DNA of 64,000 nucleotides, taken from positions 15,810,001-15,874,000 of the forward strand of contig OZ024762.1 in assembly GCA_964016885.1 (NCBI GenBank), in the 5' to 3' direction. The position numbers and the translations under genes were made by a program. This DNA comes from Eledone cirrhosa. Lineage: Eukaryota. Positions within the stretch are counted from its first letter, which is position 1, and every line of letters begins with the position of its first letter. The notes beneath the pieces were generated by a model, which saw nothing but the letters and a program-made list of their open reading frames with translations, was not told the origin of the DNA and searched no databases. Shown here one piece after another: positions 30,116-45,437 of the stretch.

Positions 30116-31251
30116 TCACATACACTCACACACACCCTACACACATTCACACACACCCCACGCACACTCAATCACTCACACACACCTACACACACTCACA
30201 CACTCACACACACTCACACACACCCTACACACATTCACACACACACCACGCACACTCAATCACTCACACACTCACACCCTACACACACGCCCTACACACA
30301 CACCTTATACACACTCCCCCCCACACACACACATATATATACATATATATATATACATACTTTGTTTCTCAGACTTTTTCTTCCTTTTTTGGTGGGGTGG
30401 GGGGTGGGGCTGGTGCAAGATTTTATTTTGGGGCGTTTTAATTTTAATTTAATGATGTAATGATGATGATGATAATGGTGTATATATGTGTGTGTGTATA
30501 TGGTGTGTATATATGTGTGTGTGTGCATATGGTGTGTGTGTATATGGTGTGTATATATGTGTGTGTGTATGGGGAGTGTATATATGTGTGTATATATGTG
30601 TGTGTGTATATATGGTGTGTGTGTGTATATGGTGTGTATATATATGTGTGTGTATATGGTGTGTGTGTATATGGTGTGTGTATATATGTGTGTGTATATA
30701 TGTGTGTGTGTATATATGTGTGTGTGTATATGGTGTGTATATATGTGTGTGTGTATATGGTGTGTGTATATATATGTGTGTGTGTGTATATGGTGTGTAT
30801 ATATGTATGTGTGTATATGGTGTGTGTGCATATATGTGTGTGTGTATATGGTGTGTATATATATGTGTGTGTATATGGTGTGTGTGTATATGGTGTGTGT
30901 ATATATGTGTGTGTATATATGTGTGTGTGTATATGTGTGTGTGTATATGGTGTGTATATGTGTGTGTGTATATGGTGTATATATATATGTGTGTGTGTGT
31001 ATATGGTGTGTATATATGTATGTGTGTATATGGTGTGTGTGCATATATGTGTGTGTATATGGTGTGTATATATGCGTGTGTGTATATATGTGTGTGTGTA
31101 TATATGTGTGTATATATGTGTGTGTGTATATGGTGTGTGTATGGATGTTGAGAGAAAAAAAGAGATAGATATATACTCTCTCTCATATATATACTAGTTT
31201 GTTGTAGTAGTAGTAGTTGTAGTAGTAGTAGTAGTAGTAGTAGCGGTAGTT

Positions 31252-31285
<34 letters not shown>

Positions 31286-31293
31286 CGGTAGTT

Positions 31294-31324
<31 letters not shown>

Positions 31325-32163
31325 CGGTAGTAGTAGTAGTAGCGGTAGTTGTAGTAGTAGTAGTAGTAGTAGTAGTAGCGGTAGTTGTAGTAGTAGTAGT
31401 AGTAGTAGTAGTAGCGGTAGTTGTAGTAGTAGTAGTAGTCGTAGTAGTAGTGGTAGTTGTAGTAGTAGTAGTAGTAGTATATAATTGTTGTTGCTATTTT
31501 TATCCTCATCACCAGCACCACCACCACCATCACCACCACCATCATCACCACTACCACCATCACCACCACCATCACCACCACCACCATCATTACCATCACC
31601 ACCACCATCATCACTACCACCACCATCACCATCACCAACCACCACCATCACCACCACCACCACCATCACCACCATCATCATCATCACCACCACCACCACC
31701 AACACCATCATCACCACCAATACCATCATCATCACCACCACCACCAATACCATTACCACCACCACCCCATCACAATCATCATTGTTGAATTTTTTTTTTT
31801 TAGATTTCAAATCTTTCCCCTCCCCCTCCTGTTTTAATCCTTTCTCTCCCCCTCCTCTCCTCCCTCTCCCCCTCACCTCACCCCATCCCCTTCCTACTAC
31901 CCCCCCCCCCTCCTCTTTCATCATATTCAGGAACTCTTGGATTAACAGAATTGCTACAATGACAGGGAAGCTGATATAACAGCTGTCGTTGTTGTTGTTG
32001 TTGTGGTGGGTGTGTCTGTACACCACATCACACACACCGCACCATACACACACACACATATATATATATACACACCACACCATACACACACACACATATA
32101 TATATATACACACCACACCATACACAAACACACACATATATATATATATACATACCACACCAT

Positions 32164-32194
<31 letters not shown>

Positions 32195-32203
32195 CACACA
32201 CAC

Positions 32204-32242
<39 letters not shown>

Positions 32243-32255
32243 TATATATATCCAA

Positions 32256-32359
32256 GAGCCTGATGACTAGGTCATAAATTTAATGACTCTTCCACTCAGC
32301 ACCACCATGCACAATCTGGAGAGGTGGTCATATGTGGACCTTGAAACCTTATGTAGCAC
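32256..32359 (+). ncRNA. Degenerate type-I hammerhead with long stem II
   Basis: gagc-CUGAUGA-cuagguc..gaccuu-GAAA-ccuuaug-UA-gcac. Confidence 0.45.
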
Positions 32360-32556
32360 ATTTTGTTCCATGTATGAAGTTAAATAAATAATATATATAT
32401 ATATAATATATATATATGTAGAAGTTCTATTTAAATTGTTGGGATATAAAGCACTCAACCAACCATTTCTGTTGGAAGCTCTCGGAGCTTCCAACAGAAA
32501 TGGTCGCATTCTTTAAGGGTATGTCAATATTTATTTATAAAACTGATCTATATTAT

Positions 32557-32619
32557 ATTTTATCTGATGAAAGCACACCATAATTTAACTTGGTGTCCTT
32601 GAAATATGTATAATGAAAT
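32557..32619 (+). ncRNA. Type-I hammerhead ribozyme
   Basis: auuuuau-CUGAUGA-aagcacacca..ugguguccuu-GAAA-uaugua-UA-augaaau; AUA triplet. Confidence 0.75.
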
Positions 32620-32662
32620 AAATATGGTTTTATAAATATAGTTTCCATTTTTTAATATATCG

Positions 32663-32702
<40 letters not shown>

Positions 32703-33399
32703 ATTGACATATATTGATTGACAAGATCCCAGACTTCATTCGCTTGTCGAATAGGATGGACCTCGTGAAATCAGACCAAGGAAACAATGTTTCCATTGGT
32801 CTTTCCATTGTTGGTACTCTCTCCCAGTCATAACTCCTGGCAGAAAGAGCAATGTGAGAATAAAGTGTCTTGCTCAAGGACATAACACATCAACTGGTTC
32901 GAGAATTAAACTTGCAACCTCACGATTGCGTATCCAACTCTATAATTACTAAGCCATGCGCCTTCATTATATATATAATCACCAGGTCCGAAAACAAAGG
33001 AACCAAACTCCAGCTGTCATTGCCTCCCTATTTCCCCATCTCTTGCTATGATGAGCAAATGGGGGCCCACACACTGACCATCCCACGTCCCCGGTGGACT
33101 GAATAGAGAAGGTATTTCCCCCGAGGAGGGCGAGGGAGACCCACTGGAAGAGCAGCCATTCTAGCTCGCGAGGCTGTAGTAATTATATTGGTATTGGTTT
33201 TTAATTCTTTGAAACATTTATACCACTATAGAGCATGCATGGTCCGGTAACTCCTGGGTTGGAGGGTTGTTGGGGTGCCATATTGACATACGGTGTTTCT
33301 AGGGCAGTTTTAGAAACCTGGCAGAACCCTCTCCTCTCTTCATGTCTCAATACAGCAGATTTCTTCCAGAGAGGGAGAGAGTAAGAGTGAGAAAGAGAT

Positions 33400-33762
33400 A
33401 TAATTGTTTCTACTTTAGGCACAAGGCCAGCAATTCACCAGTGCATTACTGGTACTTTATTTGATCGACTTTGTAAGGATGAAAGGCAAAGTTGACCTCG
33501 GCGGGATTTCAACTCTGCCGTTAAAGCATATTGTCCGACGCTCTACCGATACTGCCAATCCAAATTATAATAAAAAAATAATTGTTTCTACTTTAGGCAC
33601 AAGGCCAGCAATTACCCAGTGCATTACTGGTACTTTATTTTATCGACCCCGTAAGGATGAAAGGCAAAGTCAACCTCGGCGGGATTTGAACTCAGATTGT
33701 AAAGGGACGTAACTATGCTGGAAAGCATGGCGTCTGACCCTCCACCGATACTGCCAATCCAC
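33400..33762 (-). mobile_element. Two tandem family-A SINEs
   Basis: Same sequence as the family-A representative. Confidence 0.85.
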
Positions 33763-34087
33763 AAGAATCAACCCCAATATTTTTAGAAACTTGATAGAGC
33801 CCTCTCCTCTCCAGGTCTGAACACACTCGATTTCTTCCAGAAAAGGATAGAGAGAGAAAGAGTGAGAGAATGGGAGTGAGAAAGAGATATAATATAGAGG
33901 AAAAAATGACCCCAATACTAAACTGGTACTTTTTTTTTTATTTGATCTCAAATCGATGAAAAGCAAAGTTGACCTTGGTGGGATTTGAACTCAGAGTGCA
34001 GAGAGTCAGAACAAATGCTGCAAGGTATTCTATCCAACGTTCTAACGACTCAGCCAATTTGCCTCCCTACCAATGTAGTTATAAATA

Positions 34088-34640
34088 TCAAATTTCTTTT
34101 CCTCCTTTTATATCGCCAATTGCAACCCTGAGCGCCTCTTTGATCTCCATGTGTCTAACACACATGGACATGCCTACAAGATCAGAAAACAGCACAGCTC
34201 CCAAGACTTTCGTAGACATTTTTTTCACGCTCAGAGTTGCTGAAGCATGGAACAAACTGCCTGCGTCAGTTGTTAGCTGCCGAGACACTGCATCCTTTAA
34301 GACACTCATGCTTCCCGAAATACGCCAAAACTACACCTGATGTACCCCTTCCATACACATGCACACATGTGTGTATCATGACTCGTGCACTGTTCATTTT
34401 ACTGATGTTTGTGCATTGCCCTATGTACTGTACATGTGACTTTTTTGATGAGTTGTGGTGCACCTGGGCACTGTACACAATATTTTATTATTGTTATTAT
34501 TATTATATCATGACTCATACACTGTTCATTTTCCTGACATTTGTACATTATTCTATGTACTATACATGCACCTTTGATGAGTTGTAGTGCACCTGAGCAC
34601 TGTACACAATAATTTCATTATTATTATTATTATTATTATA
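34088..34640 (+). mobile_element. CR1-clade LINE 3' end with locally duplicated 3' UTR and (TTA)n tail
   Basis: FFTLRVAEAWNKLPASVVSCRDTASFK C-terminal motif. The 3' UTR block is repeated (34375-34505 and 34507-34640). Confidence 0.8.
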
Positions 34641-35044
34641 TATAAATTCTACAATAATTGCTGTTTGAACGGTAATTCCTATCTGTTCAAACAGTGCAAA
34701 TATTTCGGTCCAACTGTGAAAAATCTCACTTTTTAGCAGTCAATCAAGTGGAAAGACTCTTAAAAGATCAATTAAGTATCTTTTGATTGGTTCGTTATCA
34801 ACTGATTGGTATTTCCTTGCTTCCTTACTTAAGCAATTATAATTGATAAATCATTTTTATAGCTGTTTGGTTTGTTTTTTTTGTTGGGTTTTTTTAATTT
34901 TTAATTTTTGTTTATTATTTTTTTTATGTTACGCAAATATTAATTCTGTTAATTAATCTTCCCCCTCCTCCCTCTCTCTCTATCTTTTATCACCCTCTCC
35001 CTTTCTCTCTCTAACACACATACACTCTCTCTCTGTCCCACTTC

Positions 35045-35076
<32 letters not shown>

Positions 35077-35125
35077 GTATATCATCATCGTCTTCATCAT
35101 CGTTTAACGTCTATCTTCCATGCTA

Positions 35126-35167
<42 letters not shown>

Positions 35168-35356
35168 GTGTGTGTCTTTAATGCAGTTGAAACTATAATG
35201 ATCCACAGAAGTCAGCTGATGAGCTGGAATTGTCCTTGCGTTTGTGTCTTCTCTGTTTTCACCCACATGAATCATTTATATATATATATATATTTATATA
35301 TAGAAATTACATGAATCAAAATTCTGTTCAAATCATTTATTCTGTTCAAATCATTT

Positions 35357-35409
35357 ATTCGCTTACAATTGTTTCTTCCAAACCGAGGTTTGGAGTCTTC
35401 GGAGCAATT
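35357..35409 (-). ncRNA. Type-I hammerhead with core U4C change
   Basis: uugcu-CCGAAGA-cuccaaacc(uc)gguuuggaa-GAAA-caauug-UA-agcga; palindromic stem III ACAAUUGU. Confidence 0.65.
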
Positions 35410-37537
35410 TTTCAATGATTGTTTACATACTTAACCTCCTTTTCAACACAAGAGACATACAGAAACATATGTATATATTGATGCACAGTGGGTTGACATC
35501 CATTATAATATTTAAGCATGGCAGTTTACATTCAAAGATTAAAGTCATATTAAAAGAAAATTACAACAAAATTAAAGTTATAATATAACATTGGCAGTTT
35601 ACGAAGATGATGCAGGAGGATAGTTAGAAGAAGTTAGTTACACGTGGGGCATGCACGTGTGTCCTATTTATATAAGATTATAGTGCGGTAACGTGTAATA
35701 TGGAATATAAGCACTTTAAGCGGGCAATCAAGAGTATTATGGGGGTTGTATAGTATTTTATATGTATGATATAGAAGCTTGTGTGCAGAGAAATATTTAA
35801 AATATTTAAAATATTAAGAATGAGAAGCAAAACAGTGTTATGGTTTTTTGTATACACCACCATTTTCACAATCCAGGAAACGTAATATATAGATTATATG
35901 TCCTTCACATAATCTACGATGATTCAATATTGGATGCTTGATGAATTAGGTTGGAATATTACAGCTTGTTGTTCTTTAATCCAATATTATATAGCAGGTT
36001 GTTTTTGTTGCGAGGCTTAACATCGTATTATTTTCCGGAATATATAATATATATTTATATGTGTGTGTGTTTAATGGCAACTACGATGCTTCCATAGGCA
36101 GTATGCCGGTTGAGTACTCTATGCTCTTACAGAGCAGAGTATGATAGAATAGAATAGAAAACTAAAAATCAGTGATGCATCTGGACTCAATTTATTGTGT
36201 GTTACAATTGTTTCACCGGCAGACAGCTCGAGACGCGATCATTGTGTGGATCTGTCTGATTCTGGACCCGCAGGTTCGTCGGACACTGGCAATAATTTCG
36301 GAACAAATTTTCTCACTGGGGTGTTAGCTTCAAAAAACATCTTCCTCGCTTGTCCTGCTGTTGGCTGTTGTTTTTCTACGTCATCATAAATTCTGGTCAA
36401 TAGTTGCTGCCATACTGCCCATCAGCTGCTCTCCGTCCGACACACTACAATGAATTCATGCTGGGTTTGGTATTTCACAAGTCACTCACACACACATATA
36501 CACACACATACACACACCCATATATACATACACACACACACATGCATATATATATATATATATACACTGTAAATGTGGTTGGTGTTAGGAAGGGCATCCA
36601 GCCGTAGAAAACCTGCCAGATAATCCTATATGAGCGAGACACGGTCACCCAATCAATCTTGCCTCAAGTGGGACAATGACTGTCTAACCCATGTTAGAGT
36701 GGAAGATAGATGTTAAACATTGATGATGATGATGATGATGATGATGATAAATATATATTTGCATGCATGTGTGGTCCCAGAATTCATAATGCCACCATAG
36801 TAACATACATCATATTCCTATACTACTGGGGTCAATTCTTCTACATCTCATCCCAAACTTCCTCTCACTCCTTCTCTGGAAGAAATCAGCTGTGTTGAGA
36901 GGTGGGGAGGGGAGATGTGCTCTGCCAGGTTTTAAATGAACAAGATATGCTGTATGTCGCTGTGGCACCCTTACAACTCCGCTAGGAGTTATGGGTGGGT
37001 ACATACATACATAAAAGTACCAATGCAGTACTGGGGGGGGGGGGGTCAAGTCTTCCTCTCTTTTGTTCTCTGGAATAAATCAGCTATGTTCAGACCTTGG
37101 GAGAGGAGATGGGGGGGGGGGGGGGTCTGCCAGGTTTAAAATGACCCCAAAACACGCTGTATGTCATGTCTTACTGTGTCCCCTACGACTCCATCAAGAG
37201 TTAGTTGTTCATTCTTACATTTATTCGCTGAAGACAAGAAAAATCTATCTTAAATCTTCAATTCATTTTCATTGAACCTTTCTTGTTTTTTTTTTGGTTA
37301 AAAAAAAGCAACAACAACAACTACTACAACACGTAAAACAACAAAACAACCCAAAATGGCGACAATGTGTATTTTTGGCAGTTCTAGTTCTTCTTCCTCC
37401 ATTATAGATTTTCATGACTTAATATATACAAAGAATCCTTCAAAAAAAAAAATTTTTCAAAATGTATTTTTTTTAAATTAGAATAAAAATAAATAAAAAA
37501 TAAAATACAAAAAAAATTAAAATAAATAATTTTTTTA

Positions 37538-37572
<35 letters not shown>

Positions 37573-38263
37573 TTTTTTTTTTTTTCATTAAATTCACTCA
37601 CTAAATATAGTAAAACATATTTATATAAAAATGGCATTCCTAGCAGACTTAACTGTTTCTGCAAATTTCCTCCATTTTCTTTTCCTTCTTTCTTCCCCAC
37701 CCCCACCCATTCTTTCCTCCTCCCCTCCCCTTATTTTTTGTTCTGTTTTTGTTGTTTTAATGTTTTTTGTTGATTTTTTTTGGTTGGAGGGGGGGGTATT
37801 GTTTGTTTTGCTTTGCTCTGCTTTTTTGCTTTTTTCTTTTAATGTTTTTTCTTCTTTACCACACGCCCCCACCCCCACACCGCACCACCACACCCTCCAC
37901 TCTACACCCCACACCACACCATACCACCACCACCCTACACCATCTCCTCTTATTCTGTTTTCACTTTTAAAGGAAAGAAAAATAATGATGATGATGATGA
38001 TGATGATGATGGTGGTGATGGTGATGGTGATGATGACAATAAAGATAATAAACGCAAGATGTAATAAATTCAATAAAATGTATATATTTTCAGAACTTAC
38101 CACCAACGCCGCCACCATCACACACCTAATCCTTCCCTCACCAGCCAGCCCCTCCTACCACCACCACCACCACCACCACCACCACCACCACCACTTCTAG
38201 TCAGTAACATCCTACAGACTCTTTGCTATCAAACCATATCATCAGATAAGCGTGCTCCTTGTA

Positions 38264-38331
<68 letters not shown>

Positions 38332-38346
38332 CATAGATATACATAC

Positions 38347-38384
<38 letters not shown>

Positions 38385-38500
38385 TCTTATATCATCATAA
38401 CATTTTACATCCGTTTTCAATGCAGGAATGAGCATATATGTATATATATATGTATATATATATATATATATATACACAAACACACACACACATATATATG

Positions 38501-38551
<51 letters not shown>

Positions 38552-38592
38552 ATAAATATATATATATATTTATCTATATATATAGACATATA

Positions 38593-38644
<52 letters not shown>

Positions 38645-38708
38645 TATACACACCACACATATATACACACACACATACATATATGTATATATATACATAT
38701 CCATACAC

Positions 38709-38774
<66 letters not shown>

Positions 38775-39375
38775 CTTCTACCTACCTCATCCATCTCTCC
38801 TCTAGTATAAATAATCTGTTACCATCAGCCAGTTGAAATTATAGCTAATGTTGTTGTTGTTGTTGTTGAGTTAATTTTATCCCCCACCCCCCACCCCTCT
38901 TCTAAAATTACACACAGTCTTTCAGGCTTTTATTGTAGAAATGAGAAATATTTTTGTTTGTGTGTGTCTGCTTGTGTGTGTATACGTGTGCCTGGGTGTG
39001 TGTATGTGTCTGTGTGTATGTTTATGTGTGTGTTCGTGTTTTTGTAGGGGAGGGGGGTTTATAAATGAGTTTCCTCTCAATATACATGTTTGTGTGTTTG
39101 TCTAAACATTTATATTTATAAACCCACACACACATACACACACATACATACATACAAACACACATACATACAAACACACACACATACATACACACACATA
39201 CATACAAACACACATACATACAAACACACACACATACATACACACACATACATACAAACACACATACATACAAACACACACACATACATACACACACATA
39301 CATACAAACACACACACATACATACACACACACACACATACATACACACACACACAAACATACATACATACATGC

Positions 39376-39439
<64 letters not shown>

Positions 39440-39623
39440 GTATGTATGCATGTGTACTTAAATACATGCATTTAAGTATTTATAAATATAAATGCATGTA
39501 TTTATGTGTCTGTGTAAATATACACACATACATACATACATATGTGCATATATACATACATACTTGCATGCATACATACATACTTACATACTTGCATTTA
39601 TATATGCATGCATGCATATATAC

Positions 39624-39671
<48 letters not shown>

Positions 39672-41305
39672 ATGTGTTTTCAGAGAAATTATATATATTA
39701 CATTACAGTTGCAAGTCCATTTTTAAATTCCTTAATGAAATAGTAGCTGGTATGTAACAACAACAACAACACCAGCACCAACAACACCACCACTACCACC
39801 ATCACTATCACCAATAACAACACCATAACCATCAACACCACCATCACCATCAACAACAATAACAACACCACCGCCACCAATACTACCAATGCCACCAACA
39901 CTACCACCATCACCACCACTAACACCAACAGCACCACCACCAAAACTGCCACTACCAACACTAACACCACCACTACCACTACCAACACTAACACCACCAC
40001 TACCACTACCAACACTACCGCCACCACTACTACCACCAACACTACCACCACCAACACTCCCAACGACACCACCACTACCACTACCAATACTACAACCGCC
40101 ACCACTATAACCATCACCACTACTAACACCACCACCACCACTATAACCACCAACACCAACACCACCACCACCAACACCACCACCACTATAACCACCAACA
40201 CCAACACCACCACCATCACCACCAACACCACCTCCACCACCAACACCACCTCCACTATAACCTCCAACACCAACACCACCATCACCACCAACACCACCAC
40301 CATCACCACCACCACTATAACCACCAACACCAACACCACCACCACCATCACCCCATCACCACCACCACCACTACTATCACCACCACCACCACCAACACCA
40401 ACACCACCACCAACATCACCAACACCACCACTATCACCACCAACACCACCACTATCACCACCACCACCACCACCACCAACACCACCATCACCACCAACAC
40501 CACCACCATCACCACCACCACTATAACCACCAACAGCAACACCACCACTATCACCACCACCACCACCAACACCACCTCCACTATAACCACCAACACCACC
40601 ATCACCACCAACACCACCACCATCACCACCACCACTATAACCACCAACAGCAACACCACCACCACCAACACCACCACTATCACCACCACCACCACCATCA
40701 CCACCACCATCAACCCCACCACCACCACCACCACCATCAGTAGCAGTAATTTTCTATTTTCTCTATGAGAACGTATCTATTTGATAGCTCCTGTCTTTGT
40801 TAAGTGTGATTTATGCCAGTTAAAATACATAAATAGTGTAATGACTGTTATCATGAGCAGATAACTCTGTAATTACTGACGACTCAAATATAGATTTTAA
40901 TTTAGAAAAATAGAATTAAGCAGCCATTTTGTTTTGGTCGGTGATGATGGTGGTTGTGTTATTGTTGTTGTTATTGTTGCTTGTGGTGGTTGGCTGGTTG
41001 GTGATGTAGAATTAAGTAGCCATTTTGTTTTGGTTGATGGTGTTATTGTTGTTGTTGTTGGTGGTGGTGGTGGTGGTGGTGTTGTTGTTGTTATTGTTGT
41101 TGCTGGTGTTGGTGGTGGTGGAGGTTGTGTTGGTGGTGGTTGTGTTGGTGTTTGTGGTAGTGGTGGTTGTGTTGGTGTTGGTTATTGTTGTTGTTTTATA
41201 CAACAGTTTGATCTTTTGTTTCCAAACATATGTGTGCCTGTGTGTGTATCTGTGTGTGTATGTGGGTTTGTGTGTAAATGCACATGCCTCTTAATTGTTT
41301 ACCAT

Positions 41306-41348
<43 letters not shown>

Positions 41349-41384
41349 GTATATATATATATATGTATCTATCTATCTTTGGTG

Positions 41385-41775
41385 GGTAAAATTCCCGAAA
41401 TCCATGAGCAAGTTCTCTCCAGTGGTCTCTGTCCTTCATCGTTACCACTATGTCCCAAATCTTCTCTGGCTGCTCACACTTTTGGGTCTGCAGAGCTGTC
41501 ATCCATCCTCAGCACCAGGGCCTCGCTTGCTTCTGCCACTGCAGTGGTGAAGTACTCATACCTCCTCAGTCCCCCAATCTATCTCTCCTCTGCCTCTCCA
41601 TATAGAGCACTAAACCTGTTCCTCACTTCTACTATGTACCTCTCCTGTAGCTTATCATCTTCCTTGAAAGCTCCCCAGTCATAGATAGCTCTCCGGGGAT
41701 TAACCTTAGTCTTGCTTGAACTCCCCCGGACCTCACTCATAACAACCCAGTGGTCAATGCCCAGGTTGTCATGGC
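41385..41775 (-). mobile_element. Degenerate LINE fragment (end of AP endonuclease and linker, RTE-like)
   Basis: Minus frame reads GIDHWVVMSEV...KLQERYIVEVRNRFSAL, resembling the post-endonuclease SDH..V/NRFxxL region; contains stops. Confidence 0.55.
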
Positions 41776-41909
41776 TTTAACACAAACTGAAAGGAACCTG
41801 CAACTCTTTATTTTGCAAGCTTTCTATGGCTATTATGTCCTTCGTATCACCAAGCACTTTATAGCATGTGCTGGGTGACAGTCTATCATCAATACTCAAT
41901 ATTGAAGTA

Positions 41910-42250
41910 GGAGGCATATGGCTTGGTGGTTAGAGCATTGGCCTTGCAATCGAAAGGTTGTGAGTTCAATTCTCAGACCGAGTGATGTGTTGTTTCCTTG
42001 AGCAAGACACTTTATTTCACATTGCTCCAGTTTACTCAGCTGTAGAAATGAGATGATAGGACTGGGGTCCCTATCATTCCCCTACAAAGTGGTCGTGGAG
42101 GCACCACGGAAAAAAAGCACCCAGCACTCACTGTAAATGAGGTTGGTGTTAGGAAGGGCATCCAGCTGTAGAAATCAAACCAGAATCAGTTCCAGTCCCA
42201 CCCTTGCAAGCAGGGAAAAATGGACGTAAAATTATGATGATGATGATGAC
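41910..42250 (+). mobile_element. tRNA-derived SINE, family B (CORE-like domain, RTE-derived 3' tail)
   Basis: tggcttggtggttagagc A-box, gagttcaattc B-box, ccttgagcaagacactt CORE-like motif. The 3' end cccacccttgcaagcagggaaaaatggacgtaaaattatgatgatg matches the RTE 3' end at 18697-18750. Related heads at 32720-32966(-) and 50960-51173(-). Confidence 0.75.
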
Positions 42251-42440
42251 TCAATACTGTTTGTGTGGAGTTTCACCTGCGCACATGTAGGATCATCAGA
42301 CAACTGTATGTTTCTAGTTTAGAAGAGGTAGACTTTCTCCCAGTCTGTTGTTAAGGGCAACTAAAAGGGTTGGTGCCTGTAAGGGCATCTGTCTGTAGAA
42401 CCCTGTTGCAACACATCTTGGCCAGAATGTGTGAATGATG

Positions 42441-42493
<53 letters not shown>

Positions 42494-42655
42494 CATGTAT
42501 GTGTGTGTGGTTATTACCCTTTTGGGGACAGCGTGTATTTTATCTTTGAGAGGACTGCTGGATTTTCTAATCTACCAGTCTCTTCTTAGCTCTGAGGGAG
42601 ACCATCACCATTTTATTAATGTTGATATAATTCTTATATCCATATTATTTGGGCA

Positions 42656-42779
42656 TCCACTGATGAGTTTATAAGAGCCCGCTTGTGTATAAAACTATGG
42701 ATTATATACAAGTTTCTACATAACCTGGAAATTATTTAGCCCAAATTGTAGAAATCTTATAACGAAACGGCCGTCTGGA
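42656..42779 (+). ncRNA. Type-I hammerhead ribozyme with branched ~100-nt stem II
   Basis: ucca-CUGAUGA-guuuauaaga...ucuuauaac-GAAA-cggccg-UC-ugga; palindromic stem III ACGGCCGU, GUC triplet. Confidence 0.8.
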
Positions 42780-42962
42780 AGGAAAGAGATATTTATTTAA
42801 TAATGTCTAATATAAAATAATACAACCAGCTATCCACGAAATACTGATTAGTTAGCACCCCAAACACTAAATTGGGATGATACTTAAGTATATCCTAATG
42901 TTTGTTGAGTGAGATGGAGTTGGTGGGAATATTGCTTAAGGCTTTCTCTGTTTATGTATTGA

Positions 42963-43730
<768 letters not shown>

Positions 43731-43825
43731 ATGAAGTATTTCCGTAGGAAAGGTAAAGGAAAAGAGAGTGCTCTATATAGGCTACAGAGCTTTTTAGTTT
43801 TGTAATAAACAACCTAAGATAATTA

Positions 43826-43885
43826 ATTCATTTACCAGTGGTTTCTTGAAGACATATTTATATGTCTTCAGTTGTCAGAAAGAAT
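43826..43885 (-). ncRNA. Hammerhead (ACCACUGGU family) with G8A core change
   Basis: auucuuu-CUGACAA-cugaagacaua..uaugucuucaa-GAAA-ccacugg-UA-aaugaau. Confidence 0.65.
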
Positions 43886-43898
43886 AATATAAAGATAT

Positions 43899-43959
43899 TA
43901 TTCTTTCTGATGACTGAAGGCAGATATAAATATCTTCAAGAAACCACTGGTAAATGAAT
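43899..43959 (+). ncRNA. Type-I hammerhead ribozyme (ACCACUGGU family)
   Basis: auucuuu-CUGAUGA-cugaagg..ucuucaa-GAAA-ccacugg-UA-aaugaau; inverted partner of 43826-43885. Confidence 0.75.
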
Positions 43960-44699
43960 TATCTTATGTTAAAATTTTTGGAAACCTCAACAATGCAGAT
44001 GGGTAAATCTCCTGGTAACAGAATCCAGTGGTGAAGAGAGAGGTGTAAGGGAATGTAGAATGAGATGTATAGTGTGTAGAGGAACGTAGGAAAGAGCGTA
44101 AAAATAAAAATACTAACTGATAGAGATAGAGTTACCTTGGGAGAGATTTAATTGTCCCTATATTTCGGATTTGCATCCATCAACCGAGGGGTTTTCCGGG
44201 GGGAAAGTTATCTGTCGGAGAGGAACGGTATGTGGCCTCTGGTGTCCGCCATTTGTGCATAACTGAGGTATTCTGTAGAGCATGTGTGCGCGCGGAATAG
44301 GTGCGGTCAAGCAAAGGTCGAGGCAGTCCCTCTTTATCGTGGGAGTGGGATGGTGCTTCACTGTCAATCCATTATACTACCTATATTCAGTCTTTGATAC
44401 TGGCAGTGTCGGTAGTCTGCCTGGTCGGTGGATGGTGGGGGCGCTATACACACAATAACAATCGTTCGAATCCCACTGTGTCTGTGTATGTGTGTGTGTG
44501 TTGTCTCGTTTGTTTACACCAGCCACCTCGTCTCACTTCTCTCGGATTGGTTATTCATTTGTGGTCCTAGGCGTTTGATCCAAAGATGGTATATATATAT
44601 ATATGTGTGTGAGTGTGTGGTGTATAATATATATATATATATATGTAGATATGTGTTGTATATGTATGTATATAGTGTATATATGTGTGGTATGTTCCT

Positions 44700-45215
44700 T
44701 GATTCATAACGTGCCAACGTCGCGTTCTGTCGCTAACACTGTGACAATGGGCCTTCCGTCTTTGTTTCCGCATTTGGTTATCTGTTTCCGGAAAGACGAG
44801 GCCCTGGTGTTGATGTGCTCCTTGATCCAGATATGTAGCGGCCGGATTGTGCTACCGATATAGTAGTGGTTGCACTTGTCACATTCTACCCTGTATACAA
44901 CGTATGTGCGTAAGCAACAGTGCGTTTGGCGCATCGGACAGTTTCTGAGGGAACAGGTGTCAGTCGATTTCCCGGGTTTCCTGGAGAGGCATCTCCGTAG
45001 GGAGGGGCCCGAGTGGGCCCTCTCTCCGTGTAGCCCTGCAGATAGCGTTGGTGGTTCTCTCGCCCAGGTGCGGGATTTTAAGGAACCACTTGCCTTGGGT
45101 GTTTCTCTGCCTCTTGCATCTGGTGTCTCTTACTCTGTTTGTAAGCGAGGCTGGGTATCCGTTCGTCTCCAGCACCCTGAGGAACCGCTTAGTGTGAGTG
45201 ACACCACTCACGGGA
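44700..45215 (-). mobile_element. Penelope-like element linker and GIY-YIG endonuclease fragment (frameshifted)
   Basis: LETNGYP, LKIPHLG, then VVYRVECDKCNHYYIGSTIRPLHIWIKEH (GIY-YIG nuclease with the PLE CxxC insertion). Confidence 0.88.
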
Positions 45216-45437
45216 TCGCTACATCTGTTTTTCCAAAACGACCAAACAAAAAAAAGTTTTATTCACAATGCTTCAAGCAAACTTCAATACTCTCTTATCT
45301 TATATTGTTTATGACATAACTATATATATATATATATATGCATATGTATAAATATGTATATATATATATGTATATATACATGTATAAATATGTATATATA
45401 TATATATAGTTATGTAATAAACAACATAAGGCAATTA

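Noticed and set aside
34650-34696. 13-bp-stem hairpin as pre-miRNA
   Set aside because: Stem too short and no recognisable mature sequence.
35214-35240. CTGATGAG motifs here and at 5819(-), 28517(-) and 38239(-)
   Set aside because: No downstream stem II-GAAA-stem III in register.
36195-36460. Coding-looking segment (minus frame ...RIYDDVEKQQPTAGQARKMFFEAN...)
   Set aside because: Bounded by stops, no convincing splice sites, and no family recognised.
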